From the NCBI GenBank assembly GCA_041662585.1, contig JBAZSG010000005.1:68181-132180 (forward strand): DNA of 64,000 bases, written 5' to 3'. The DNA is from Patescibacteria group bacterium (lineage in GTDB: Bacteria; Patescibacteriota; Patescibacteriia; UBA1558; GWA2-36-10). The notes beneath the pieces were generated by a model. The model did not search any database. It was not told the DNA's origin and saw only the letters and a list, made by a program, of their open reading frames with translations. Below, piece by piece: positions 28,652 through 38,481 of the stretch (the stretch's first letter is position 1; each line of letters begins with the position of its first letter). A program made the position numbers and the translations under genes.

Positions 28652-30469
28652 ATGAATTTTTTTAGATCTCAGAATGTGCAAATATCAGGTCTTAGAATAA
28701 ATGCCCTCTGGTGGGGTATTTTTTTCTTAATGTTACTTATTATAGTTAGACTTTTTTATGTTCAGGTTTTAAACAATGAATATTATTTTAATTTGGGTTT
28801 AAATCAAAGGGCAGTGGTCAGAGATATCAAGCCTGAGCGAGGTCGTATTTTTGCTACAGCCAATTCAGATAAAGATAGCCAATTGTATCCTTTGGCTATA
28901 AATAAAGTTTATTATGAAATCAGTATTGATCCTTCAAAAATTACTAGACCACAAAATTTTACAGATATATTTATAGAAATTTTAGGTATTGAAGATCAGG
29001 AGGAGAAAGATAAAATTTTGGAAAAAACGCAAAAAGAAAACAGATTTTATGAATTGATTGCCAAAGACGTGTCAGAAGAAAAAGTAGATTTACTGAAAGC
29101 CAAATTTGAAGAATTGCGCTTTGATATAAATAAAGATAAGTCAGAAGAAGAACAAATAAAAGATTTGTCAGAATTGGGAGTCAATTTTGTAAAAAATGTT
29201 TTGCGTTATTATCCAGACAAAGAAATTGGAGCACATATTTTGGGATTTTTGGGCTATGATGAACAGGGACTTAATAGAGTAGGCAAATATGGTTTAGAAG
29301 GGTATTTTGAAAATATTTTGGCTGGATTGGAAGGGCAAGTGGTAGGTGAGGCCGATATAGCTGGTCGGCTTTTGACTGGTGATGATAGTCAGGCGGCTGA
29401 AAATGGAGCCGATATAATATTGACCATTGATCGTACAGTTCAATATGCTGCCTGTCGAGCTTTAGAAAAATCTGTAGCTTTGCACGAAGCTCAGTCTGGA
29501 ACAGTGATTATTATGGAAACAGCTACAGGCGCAATTTTGGCTATGTGTAATTATCCTAGTTTTGATCCTAATAATTATAGCCAAGTAGATAGTGCTGATG
29601 TTTATAACAACTTGGCAGTTTATCACAATTATGAGCCTGGCTCAGTCATGAAAGCGATTTCTATGGCTATTGCTATTGATCAGGGCAAAGTCACGCCCAA
29701 TACTTTATACAATGATGAAGGCGAGATAAAATTTGCTGGTGGCTATGTAGTAAAAAATTCTGATCTCAAAGCCCATGGCATGGTGGATATGAAAGAAGTT
29801 TTGTCAGCTTCTTTAAATACTGGTATTATTTTTGCCACCTCTGAAGTAAATAATAAAATTTTTGAAGATTATATAAAAAAGTTTGGTTTTGGCGCCAGCG
29901 TTGGTTTTGATATCAGCCAAGATAGCAGTGGAGATGTTTCTTCTTTAGCTAAGAGTGGTGATATTTTTAGAGCCACTGCTTCTTACGGACAGGGTATTAC
30001 CGTTACTCCTTTGCAGATGGTCTCAGCTTTTAATACTCTTGCCAATCGTGGTGAAATGATGAAGCCTTATATTGTCAGTCAGATTAATTATCCTAATGGT
30101 CATCAAGAAGTTTATCAACCAGAAAAAATAAGACGGGTTATAGAAGCTAGCACTGCTTCGCAATTGTCGGCTATGTTGGTTCATGTGGTAGATACTGGAC
30201 ATTCTAAAAGAGCGGGAGTAGAAGGATATTATGTAGCGGGAAAAACCGGTACAGCTCAGGTGGCTGATTCGTCCACTGGCAAGTATCATGTCAATAAAAC
30301 TATTCATAATTTTGTTGGTTTTGCTCCCAATGAAAATCCCAAATTTACTATGTTAACCAAATTGGATTATCCCACTTCTGCTGCTTTTGCCGAAAGTACA
30401 GCTGCTCCATTATTTGGTGAAATTGCTAAATTTTTGTTAGAATACTATCAGGTAGCTCCAAATCGCTAA
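28652..30469 (+). CDS. ftsI: Class B penicillin-binding protein (FtsI/PBP3)
   Basis: RGRI, EPGSVMK, SLN, KTGT; ATG follows a TATAAT box. Confidence 0.88.
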   Translation: MNFFRSQNVQISGLRINALWWGIFFLMLLIIVRLFYVQVLNNEYYFNLGLNQRAVVRDIKPERGRIFATANSDKDSQLYPLAINKVYYEISIDPSKITRPQNFTDIFIEILGIEDQEEKDKILEKTQKENRFYELIAKDVSEEKVDLLKAKFEELRFDINKDKSEEEQIKDLSELGVNFVKNVLRYYPDKEIGAHILGFLGYDEQGLNRVGKYGLEGYFENILAGLEGQVVGEADIAGRLLTGDDSQAAENGADIILTIDRTVQYAACRALEKSVALHEAQSGTVIIMETATGAILAMCNYPSFDPNNYSQVDSADVYNNLAVYHNYEPGSVMKAISMAIAIDQGKVTPNTLYNDEGEIKFAGGYVVKNSDLKAHGMVDMKEVLSASLNTGIIFATSEVNNKIFEDYIKKFGFGASVGFDISQDSSGDVSSLAKSGDIFRATASYGQGITVTPLQMVSAFNTLANRGEMMKPYIVSQINYPNGHQEVYQPEKIRRVIEASTASQLSAMLVHVVDTGHSKRAGVEGYYVAGKTGTAQVADSSTGKYHVNKTIHNFVGFAPNENPKFTMLTKLDYPTSAAFAESTAAPLFGEIAKFLLEYYQVAPNR

Positions 30470-30482
30470 CTTATATTCAAAT

Positions 30483-31748
30483 ATGCATAAGATATTACAT
30501 TTTATCTTAAAAATACTAGCCAAAGCTGTTATTGCTAAATATAAACCAAAAGTGATTGGTATTACTGGTTCAGTTGGTAAAACATCGGCCAAAGAAGCCA
30601 TTGCTGTTGTTTTGCGAGCCAAATTTAATACTAGAGCTGCTAGTAAAAATTTTAATAATGAAGTTGGCACTCCACTTACCATTTTGGGTTGTCAAAGTTC
30701 TCCAGGTAAAAATATATTGGCTTGGTGCTGGGTATTTGTTTTGGCTATAAAATTATTGCTTATTAAAGATAAAAATTATCCGCAGGTATTGGTTTTGGAG
30801 ATGGGAGCTGACAAAGTAGGCGATATTAAATATCTTACATCCATTGCTCGTTTAGATGTGGGAGTTATCACAGCTATTGGTTCTAGTCATATTGAGTTTT
30901 TTAAAACTATGGATAATATTATAAAAGAAAAAAGCTCTATTTTAAATAATTTAACTAAAGATAATTTGGCAGTATTGAATAATGATGATCCAAATTTAGT
31001 CAAAGTAATTGCCAATTGTAAAAGTAAATTATTGACTTATGGTAAGTCAGAAAATTCTAATATTAGAATTTCAGATATCAGTATAATTAAAAGAGATGAT
31101 AGCTACGGTACTAATTTTAAATTAAATTATAAAGGTTCTGAAGTGCCTATGTTTTTGCCATATGTTTTGGGTTGGCAACATGCTCATGCTGCTGCTAGTG
31201 CTACAGCCGTGGCACTGCACTTGGGTATGAATTTGGTAGAGATTGGAAACAAATTATTGGAATATAGGCCAGCCAAAGGTAGGACAAATTTGATAAAGGG
31301 TATTAAAGATACTTGGATAATTGATGATACTTACAATGCTTCTCCTCAGTCTGCTAAGGTGGCTTTGGATATTTTGATGGAAATACCCATAGCTGGAAGG
31401 AAAATAGCAGTATTGGGGGATATTTTGGAGCTTGGAGCACTGAGTGAAGCAAGTCACCAGGAAGTAGGTAGAGAGTTGACTCGTTTGGGAGTTGAATATT
31501 TGTTTGTCGTAGGGGAGAGATCACGTGATATTGCCAGAGGTGCCAGAGAAGCTGGTATGAATAAAGACAATATATATCATTTTCCATATACCAAAGAAGC
31601 TGGTATATTTTTGCAAGAAAAATTACAGGCCAATGATGTTGTATTGGTCAAAGGTTCTCGTGGTGCCAAAATGGAGCAAATAGTATATGAGATTATGGCT
31701 AAACCATGGTTGGCCAAAGATTTGTTAGTGGGACCAGTAGTTAAATAG
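30483..31748 (+). CDS. murF: UDP-MurNAc-tripeptide D-Ala-D-Ala ligase
   Basis: ITGSVGKT, NNEVG, DDTYNA, KGSRG. Confidence 0.93.
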   Translation: MHKILHFILKILAKAVIAKYKPKVIGITGSVGKTSAKEAIAVVLRAKFNTRAASKNFNNEVGTPLTILGCQSSPGKNILAWCWVFVLAIKLLLIKDKNYPQVLVLEMGADKVGDIKYLTSIARLDVGVITAIGSSHIEFFKTMDNIIKEKSSILNNLTKDNLAVLNNDDPNLVKVIANCKSKLLTYGKSENSNIRISDISIIKRDDSYGTNFKLNYKGSEVPMFLPYVLGWQHAHAAASATAVALHLGMNLVEIGNKLLEYRPAKGRTNLIKGIKDTWIIDDTYNASPQSAKVALDILMEIPIAGRKIAVLGDILELGALSEASHQEVGRELTRLGVEYLFVVGERSRDIARGAREAGMNKDNIYHFPYTKEAGIFLQEKLQANDVVLVKGSRGAKMEQIVYEIMAKPWLAKDLLVGPVVK

Positions 31749-31756
31749 TATTTTTA

Positions 31757-31823
31757 TTGCGAAAAATCTGCATCAGATGCGACTTTGCGTAGCAACGGAG
31801 CAGTCGATGCAGAGTATGAGCAA
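31757..31823 (+). repeat. Structured intergenic element, family A copy 1
   Basis: Core agatgcgactttgcgtagcaacggagca shared with 38633 and 60601 copies. Confidence 0.88.
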
Positions 31824-31884
31824 TTAATATAAAGTTTAAATAGCTTGACTATTAGCTAAATGTTTGTTAAAAATATGTTTTTTA

Positions 31885-31959
31885 GGCCCCATCGTCTAAT
31901 GGTCAGGACGCCAGGTTCTCATCCTGGTAATCGGAGTTCGATTCTCCGTGGGGTCACCA
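31885..31959 (+). tRNA. tRNA-Glu(CTC)
   Basis: Cloverleaf; anticodon arm ccagg-ttCTCat-cctgg; GTTCGA T-loop; encoded CCA. Confidence 0.93.
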
Positions 31960-31975
31960 AATTATACTTACTTAG

Positions 31976-31996
31976 AACTGCTTGAGGGCAGTTTTT
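31976..31996. terminator. Terminator after tRNA-Glu
   Basis: aactgc-ttgagg-gcagttttt. Confidence 0.55.
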
Positions 31997-31999
31997 ATA

Positions 32000-33058
32000 T
32001 TAATTGGTATTATTTATAATTTCGGCTGTAGCTTTAGCTGCTTTGTAAACTCCTTGTTTGTTCCAATGGGTGTCATCAATATGGTAAAGATTCTCATCAT
32101 TTTGATAAGCCTCTTCAAAAGATGTATAAATATCTATGACTTTTATTCCTTCGGAGCTTAAGCTATCAATCAACAATGGTACAAAATTTGATTTTTTCTC
32201 CTGTGGTATTAGATCGTGGTAGATGTCTCTCTTATTTGGTATTGGTAAAAATATAAATTCTATTTCATGAGAAGTGAAATAATCATTGTATTTTTTTATA
32301 ATGTTAGTTGCTTTAGCTACATCAGAATCTAGTTTACGATAGTAATCATATTTTAATTTTAAAAATAGAACATCATTATTTACAAATCCAATTTCAGGTA
32401 TCGTCTCTTCATTAAAAAATTTATTTACAGTTCTTTGAAAGGCACTATTTATATAATTTATCATTCTAAATTTTAATAACTTATCAAGCTTTATAATAAT
32501 ATTTTTTATAATATTATTTTCCTTTAAACGTTCTTTTAGGCCATATTTAGGAGATATTTTGGTGTCTATATCTGGTAAAATTCTAATACTTGCCATTATT
32601 ACTCTTTTTGGTGGATTGTTTACAAATCTTCTATCCAATAAATAATCATTAATATTTGCTTGACCCATGGAATAAACGTCTCCATCTATCATATCTTCCA
32701 AAACTTCAGTAAAAGTATCTTTTTGGTCAAGAGTTGCTCCCGCTATATTACTATCTCCAAGTACTAAGGTTTCATGACCCTTGTTTTCATAATTTCTATA
32801 ACCATACTTATCAGTGATCCATTCTACTTCTTTAGCAATTGCGTATTTACTATCATGTCCTAGATTACCTTCCTCTAATTTATTTATTCTAACACTAGGA
32901 TAAAATGGGCCTATTCTAAGATTATCAAATCTGTTGTAGGAAACAATTTCCCAAGTACGAAACGTAAAATATTCTTCTGGCAAAATATACAAATCAATAA
33001 ATGCCAAAGCAATAAATGGTAATGTAAAAATTATTAATTTTAACCAAAATAATTTCAT
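32000..33058 (-). CDS. AlgJ/AlgX-like SGNH O-acetyltransferase
   Basis: GDS, IPNK, DTHWN. Confidence 0.8.
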   Translation of the reverse strand: MKLFWLKLIIFTLPFIALAFIDLYILPEEYFTFRTWEIVSYNRFDNLRIGPFYPSVRINKLEEGNLGHDSKYAIAKEVEWITDKYGYRNYENKGHETLVLGDSNIAGATLDQKDTFTEVLEDMIDGDVYSMGQANINDYLLDRRFVNNPPKRVIMASIRILPDIDTKISPKYGLKERLKENNIIKNIIIKLDKLLKFRMINYINSAFQRTVNKFFNEETIPEIGFVNNDVLFLKLKYDYYRKLDSDVAKATNIIKKYNDYFTSHEIEFIFLPIPNKRDIYHDLIPQEKKSNFVPLLIDSLSSEGIKVIDIYTSFEEAYQNDENLYHIDDTHWNKQGVYKAAKATAEIINNTN

Positions 33059-33063
33059 AGTTA

Positions 33064-34521
33064 CTAAAATTGAAAATATATAAATTCGTGACTAGAAAAA
33101 TTACCGCATAATAGTATGCTAAATAAAAGTAAAAAATAAATAAAAAATCTAAAATAAACCGGTCTATTTGATAACATATGTCTAATACTATCATGTCGTT
33201 GATATAAATGAACAAATTCTAAAGATAAAATACCAAATAAACTTACTACAAAAACATAAGGAGAAGCCAAGAAAAATGCTGAACGAAGATAACCGAAATC
33301 TACGAAGCCATGCCAATTAAATAAATTTCTTACTATATAAAAAGCATCTGATATATTTTTAGCTCGAAAAAATATCCAAGCGAAAGTTACTAAAGAAAAT
33401 GTGGTTAGTATTTGTAAATATTTATTTAAACGGGGGAAGTGCTTTAGTTTTATAAATAGTACAATTTTTTCTCTAATATTTTTGCTCAATAATGAAAAAA
33501 TCATATAGAAAGCATGTAATGCCCCCCATACTACAAATGTCCAGTTTGCGCCGTGCCATAAACCGCTAATCAAAAAAGTTATAAATAAATTAAAATGTAA
33601 ACGTGATATAGAAACTCTATTACCCCCCAAACTTATATATAAATAATCTTTAAACCAAGAAGATAATGAAATATGCCACCTTTTCCAAAACTCCGAAATC
33701 GATTTGGAATAGTAAGGTCTTTTAAAATTATCCATTAGTTTAAAACCCATTACTTGACTAGCACCAATGGCAATATCAGAGTATCCTGAAAAATCACAGT
33801 ATATCTGAAAAGCGAAAAATATAGTAGCAATAATTAATGACAAACCAGTATACATTTCGGGGTTGTTATATACTAGATCAACATATATCGCTAAATTATC
33901 AGCTATGACTATTTTTTTAAAAAACCCCCAAAGCATCAATTTAAGTCCGTCAGTAACTCTAGCATAGTCAAAATAATGTTTTTTTAAAAATTGGGGTAAT
34001 AAATTTTGGGCACGCTCAATGGGGCCTGCTACTAGTTGTGGGAAAAAGGATACATAAAGAGAAAAAATGCCCAAATGTTTTTCTGGCTTAATTTTATTTC
34101 TATAGACATCAATAGTATATCCTAGGGTTTGAAAAGTATAAAATGATATGCCTACTGGCAATAATATTTTTAAAACTGGTGGTGAAAATTGAATGCTAAA
34201 ATTAGATAAAATGATCCGCAAGGAATCGCTTACAAAGTTAAAATATTTAAAAGCAAATAATAGACCAATATTAATTAATATACTAATTAATAATAAAAAA
34301 GTTTTTGTTTTTTTATCATCTTCTTTAGCAATTGCCAAAGCCACGAAATAATCAAGTAAAGTAGAAAATATTATCAAAATAATATATTCTGCTTTCCAAC
34401 TCATGTAAAAATAATAACTAGCTAGCAACAATAATATCCAACGATGTTTATGTTTTAAAGAAAAATATAAAACAATAATTATTGGAAAAAATATTAAAAA
34501 ATGTATGGAGTTAAATAGCAT
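33064..34521 (-). CDS. MBOAT O-acyltransferase (AlgI/DltB family)
   Basis: LPVGISFYTFQ, FFPQLVAGPIER, DFSGYSD, FWKRWHISL, GLWHG. Confidence 0.93.
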   Translation of the reverse strand: MLFNSIHFLIFFPIIIVLYFSLKHKHRWILLLLASYYFYMSWKAEYIILIIFSTLLDYFVALAIAKEDDKKTKTFLLLISILINIGLLFAFKYFNFVSDSLRIILSNFSIQFSPPVLKILLPVGISFYTFQTLGYTIDVYRNKIKPEKHLGIFSLYVSFFPQLVAGPIERAQNLLPQFLKKHYFDYARVTDGLKLMLWGFFKKIVIADNLAIYVDLVYNNPEMYTGLSLIIATIFFAFQIYCDFSGYSDIAIGASQVMGFKLMDNFKRPYYSKSISEFWKRWHISLSSWFKDYLYISLGGNRVSISRLHFNLFITFLISGLWHGANWTFVVWGALHAFYMIFSLLSKNIREKIVLFIKLKHFPRLNKYLQILTTFSLVTFAWIFFRAKNISDAFYIVRNLFNWHGFVDFGYLRSAFFLASPYVFVVSLFGILSLEFVHLYQRHDSIRHMLSNRPVYFRFFIYFLLLFSILLCGNFSSHEFIYFQF

Positions 34522-34662
34522 ATAAAAATTATATTACGTTGATTGTAATTTGGCAATGTTGAATATATATTTTTATCATTTTATTAAATAAAAGTGTCAG
34601 AAAACAGTTTTTAATTATTGTGGTCAATTTTTTTATTAAGGCTGTTAAAGTAGATTAATTTG

Positions 34663-34688
34663 AAAAGACTGCTGTTAAGCAGTCTTTT
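34663..34688. terminator. Bidirectional terminator
   Basis: aaaagactgct-gtta-agcagtctttt. Confidence 0.7.
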
Positions 34689-34712
34689 GTAGACTAAGAT
34701 GAATTGTTTTTC

Positions 34713-34955
34713 TTAGTTTTTAGGAGCCAGAGCTTTGATCTGTGCCATAATGTCTGGAGGCACGGATAGTAGTATGGATTTTTCGTTAATGCGACGAGAT
34801 ACGCTTTGTCTGCCACGGTAAAGCATAAAGCCAATGTGACAGACATCTTGTGGATGGATGATCAGCAAGGCTGATTCTTGGCTGTGAGTTATCAGGCATT
34901 TGCCGTCAGCAAAAGCAATAGAATCAATATTGCTACAAGGTTTATAATCGCACAT
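34713..34955 (-). CDS. 80-aa orphan protein
   Basis: AGGAG SD upstream, terminator downstream. Confidence 0.6.
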   Translation of the reverse strand: MCDYKPCSNIDSIAFADGKCLITHSQESALLIIHPQDVCHIGFMLYRGRQSVSRRINEKSILLSVPPDIMAQIKALAPKN

Positions 34956-35004
34956 AATTGTAACTCCTATGGTTGTTTGGTGGAAAGAACTTATTATCTA
35001 TATG

Positions 35005-35036
35005 AAAAACACTGACTAGCTAATGGTCAGTGTTTT
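35005..35036 (-). terminator. Attenuator terminator upstream of the 80-aa ORF
   Basis: aaaacactgac-cattagcta-gtcagtgttttt on minus strand. Confidence 0.65.
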
Positions 35037-35056
35037 AATTTTTAAGTAAAAAAATA

Positions 35057-35134
35057 TTAGACCATCAGCAATTTAAGATAGTTTTTCTTATCCTTAGATA
35101 TAATGTTTATTCTGATTGTTTGTTTGTCTAACAT
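35057..35134 (-). CDS. Putative leader peptide MLDKQTIRINIISKDKKNYLKLLMV
   Basis: ATG 7 nt after TTGACA-N16-TATAAT (35142-35169); 3' end complementary to the terminator. Confidence 0.5.
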   Translation of the reverse strand: MLDKQTIRINIISKDKKNYLKLLMV

Positions 35135-35213
35135 AAATAGTATTATAGCAAAGTGAAATAAAATGTCAAAATTAAATTTTGGGTTATTGTCTATATGAAT
35201 TTGTAGATAAAGG

Positions 35214-35240
35214 AAAAAGCCGAACGTGGTTCGGCTTTTT
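35214..35240. terminator. Bidirectional terminator
   Basis: aaaaagccgaac-gtg-gttcggcttttt. Confidence 0.75.
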
Positions 35241-35275
35241 TGGTGACTGGGGTTGGAACTTGGGGAGGAGGGAGC

Positions 35276-35365
35276 TTACTTAGGAGCGTAAGCCACGAAC
35301 ATGGCAATCAATACGACTGCCACAGTAGCCATCGCCAAAGAGCGATAAAAGAATCCTTTGGACAT
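35276..35365 (-). CDS. 29-aa hydrophobic microprotein MSKGFFYRSLAMATVAVVLIAMFVAYAPK
   Basis: AAGGAGG SD, TTGACA-N17-TATAGT promoter (35419-35447), terminator downstream. Confidence 0.65.
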   Translation of the reverse strand: MSKGFFYRSLAMATVAVVLIAMFVAYAPK

Positions 35366-35526
35366 TTTTGTCCTCCTTTTGTAGTCTTTCATGATTATTG
35401 AACATTTAGATTAAAGATACTATAGCATATAATAAAAAATTTGTCAATAGTACTATATTTTAGTACTTATAGTTGACAATATATGATATTTTTGTTAATA
35501 TTTATCTCGTTATAATTATAAAAACT

Positions 35527-35841
35527 ATGAAAGCAGTTATCAGAACAGGTGGAAAACAATATCATGTGGCTAAAGGTGATGTTATTAAAATTGAAAAATT
35601 AGCCAAAGCCGAAGAAGGTAAAAAAGTAATTTTTGATACAGTTTTACTTATTAGTGACAAAGATAAAGTAGTAGTTGGTAATCCTACTGTAGCTAAAGCA
35701 AAAGTTGAAGGTACTTTGCTACGCAATTTTAAAGATAAAAAAATCGATGTTCTAAAATATAAAAATAAGATTAGATACAGAAGGAATTATGGACATCGCC
35801 AACAGTTAGCTGAAGTAAAAATTGATAATATTATAGCTTAA
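35527..35841 (+). CDS. rplU: 50S ribosomal protein L21
   Basis: MKAVIRTGGKQY, GHRQ. Confidence 0.96.
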   Translation: MKAVIRTGGKQYHVAKGDVIKIEKLAKAEEGKKVIFDTVLLISDKDKVVVGNPTVAKAKVEGTLLRNFKDKKIDVLKYKNKIRYRRNYGHRQQLAEVKIDNIIA

Positions 35842-35866
35842 CACTTCCGTTTGGCATACGCCAGAC

Positions 35867-35935
35867 ACCTCCCCTTAACAGGGGAGGTTTTTAAATTGTA
35901 AAAAAAAGTCCCCCTGTTAAGGGGGATTTAGGGGG
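35867..35935. repeat. Inverted pair of C/G-run palindromes (REP-like), probably also terminators
   Basis: acctccccttaacaggggaggt and tccccctgttaagggggatttaggggg. Confidence 0.6.
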
Positions 35936-36530
35936 TTATTTTTTTTCTATTTTTTAATGCCGAAGTGAGTGTAATTTCATCGGTGTATTCAATATTGGCA
36001 CCCATTGGTATGCCTCTGGCTAGTTGGCTCACTATAACTGGATAATCTTGTAAAAATTTTGATAGATATATGGCAGTAGCTTCACCTTCCATACTTTGAT
36101 CAAGAGCTAGTATTATTTCATTGACATTATTATTTTTTACTCGACTGGCCAATTCTTTTATTTTTAATTTATCAGGGGTTATACCTTCCAGTGGGCTGAG
36201 CAGACCATTGAGTAAATGATAGACACCATTGAATTCACCAGTTTTTTCTACTGCTTCTACATCTTGATTGTTGGCTACTATACAAATAGTAGATTTATCT
36301 CTTTGGGGATTGGCACAAATACTACAGAGATCTTTTTCGGCTAGATTGTAACACTCTGGACAAAGATGGATGTTTTGATAAGCATTGGACAAAGCAATAG
36401 ACAAATCTTTTATATCTTCTTTTCTATGCATCAAATTAAAAACTAACCTGGCGGAAGTTTTTGGTCCAATACCAGGCAGTTTGTCAAATTCATCTATTAA
36501 TCTTTGTATGAAATCTGGTAGATGTTTCAT
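35928..36530 (-). CDS. recR: Recombination mediator RecR
   Basis: LPGIGPKT, CxxC..CxxC, EGEATA, LARGIP. Confidence 0.96.
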   Translation of the reverse strand: MKHLPDFIQRLIDEFDKLPGIGPKTSARLVFNLMHRKEDIKDLSIALSNAYQNIHLCPECYNLAEKDLCSICANPQRDKSTICIVANNQDVEAVEKTGEFNGVYHLLNGLLSPLEGITPDKLKIKELASRVKNNNVNEIILALDQSMEGEATAIYLSKFLQDYPVIVSQLARGIPMGANIEYTDEITLTSALKNRKKITP

Positions 36531-36554
36531 TCCATTAAAATTTAATATTGAGTT

Positions 36555-36845
36555 TTATTTTAATAGATTATCTAGACCACCCATTTCTTGCATTTTCATC
36601 GCCATTTTACGTTGTACTTTTTTGATAGCTTCAGCAATGGCATTTTTTATTTCGTTTTCTAAGTCTTTCTTTTTATCTTTGGCCAAGAAGTCTTCAGTGA
36701 TATCTAGGCTTTTTATTTCTTGGTTTCCGTCCATTACTATTTTGACAGCTCGATTGCTGACCTCAATAGTTTCGCCAGACATTACATTTTTGATAGTACT
36801 AGCTTGTTTTCGAAGGTCATTGTATTGTTTTAATTTGTTGAACAT
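36555..36845 (-). CDS. ybaB: YbaB/EbfC nucleoid-associated protein (start MFNKLKQ)
   Basis: VKIVMDGNQEI; adjacent to recR. Confidence 0.85.
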   Translation of the reverse strand: MFNKLKQYNDLRKQASTIKNVMSGETIEVSNRAVKIVMDGNQEIKSLDITEDFLAKDKKKDLENEIKNAIAEAIKKVQRKMAMKMQEMGGLDNLLK

Positions 36846-36867
36846 ATTTGTTTTTAGGTTAATTATT

Positions 36868-38298
36868 TTAAGGTATATTTTGCCAACCAATTTCAGATTG
36901 AGGGGTATTATTATTTTCACTACTTTCTTCTGGTGGAGGGAGTATATTTTGATAGTTTTTATCTAGATTTTTAAAAGATACTTTGTTTTCATCAAAAAAT
37001 AATCTAAAAATACCAGTTGGACCATTTCTATGTTTATCAATGTGTATTTCAGCTATATTTTTTTCTTCATCAGGACATTCGCGTGATTTGTCTTTGGCTT
37101 TTCTATAGATAAACATTACAATATCAGCATCTTGTTCAATAGATCCAGATTCACGAAGATCAGCCAATTTTGGGATGGCTGGAGAACGAGATTCTACAGC
37201 ACGAGAAAGCTGAGACAGGGCTAGAACAGGGATATCTAGCTCACGAGCAATCTGTTTAAGAGCACGAGAGATTTTGGATATTTCTTGAACTCTGTTTTCA
37301 GAATTGCCACTACTATCGCCATCCATAAGTTGCAAATAATCAACTACCAAAAAACCAAGATTGTGTTCCATTTTTAGACGGCGTGCTTTGGTACGGATTT
37401 CCATTACATTGGCATTGGCACTATCATCAATAAATATTGGAGCTTCTGACAATACACCCATAGCTCTGCCAATACGAGGGAAATCATCATCTTCTTCTCT
37501 ATCAGAAAGCTTACCAGTTCTCATTTTCCAAAGATCTACTTCAGCCTCAGAGGCTAGTAATCTATCTACCAATTGTTCTTTACTCATTTCTAGAGAAAAT
37601 ATACCAACTGGTATATTGGCTTTAACGGCAATGTTTCTAGCAATATCTAAGGCAAAGGTTGTTTTTCCCAGAGATGGACGAGCCGCCAAGATTATCAGAT
37701 CTGAATTTTGAAAACCGGATAGTCTGTTATCCAAATCCGTAAAACCACTAGGAATACCACGTGTACCATGACCACCTGATTTGTGCAATTCATCTATACG
37801 ATTGAAAGTTTCAGTTAAAACATTTTTGATGGGTATAAAATTTTTCTTGAGAGATTCTTGAGAAATAGCAAACAGCTTTTGTTCTGCTTTATCTAACAAA
37901 CTACTTACATCTTGATCTTCAGAAAAACTAAACTCAGATATTTCACTGGCAGCTTGCTCTAATCTTCGTAAAGTTGCTTTTTTGTGAATAATATCAGCAT
38001 AAGATACAGCATGAGATGAATTTGGCACTGAAGCAGTCAGTTCGGCCAGATAGGCCTTACCACCGACGATGTCTAATTGTTTTTTTTCGGCCAGTCTGTT
38101 ACCAACAGACAAAATATCAGCTGGATCATGTTTTTCAAATAAATCTAAGATAGCTTGGTATATCAAGCCATTTGATTCTTTATAAAAATCACCTGGACGC
38201 AAAACATCACCAACTTTGATAATAATTTCTTTATCCAGTAGTAGAGCTCCCAAAAGTGAGCTTTCTGCTTCCAAATTTTGCGGAGGTATTTTACTCAT
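36868..38298 (-). CDS. dnaB: Replicative DNA helicase
   Basis: PPQNLEAE, AARPSLGKT, DYLQL, SQLSR, LRESGSIEQDAD. Confidence 0.98.
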   Translation of the reverse strand: MSKIPPQNLEAESSLLGALLLDKEIIIKVGDVLRPGDFYKESNGLIYQAILDLFEKHDPADILSVGNRLAEKKQLDIVGGKAYLAELTASVPNSSHAVSYADIIHKKATLRRLEQAASEISEFSFSEDQDVSSLLDKAEQKLFAISQESLKKNFIPIKNVLTETFNRIDELHKSGGHGTRGIPSGFTDLDNRLSGFQNSDLIILAARPSLGKTTFALDIARNIAVKANIPVGIFSLEMSKEQLVDRLLASEAEVDLWKMRTGKLSDREEDDDFPRIGRAMGVLSEAPIFIDDSANANVMEIRTKARRLKMEHNLGFLVVDYLQLMDGDSSGNSENRVQEISKISRALKQIARELDIPVLALSQLSRAVESRSPAIPKLADLRESGSIEQDADIVMFIYRKAKDKSRECPDEEKNIAEIHIDKHRNGPTGIFRLFFDENKVSFKNLDKNYQNILPPPEESSENNNTPQSEIGWQNIP

Positions 38299-38481
38299 GC
38301 CTGTATTGCCTTGAGTTTATTAATGTGTAGAATTAGCTTAACCTATTTAGCCTTATTTTTCAAGCTGTTTTATAGACAGCTTATACCCACTTCGATAAAC
38401 TCAGTGCAGGCAAATAAAAAATAGCCCAAGGGCTAATTGTATTAATGGCGAAGCCACGTGATGAGCGCAGCGAATTTTACG

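Noticed and set aside
31885-35470. Integrative element at tRNA-Glu
   Set aside because: No integrase and no duplicated tRNA 3' end found by eye
36385-36966. 193-aa plus-strand ORF
   Set aside because: Antisense to recR, ybaB and dnaB, with no motifs
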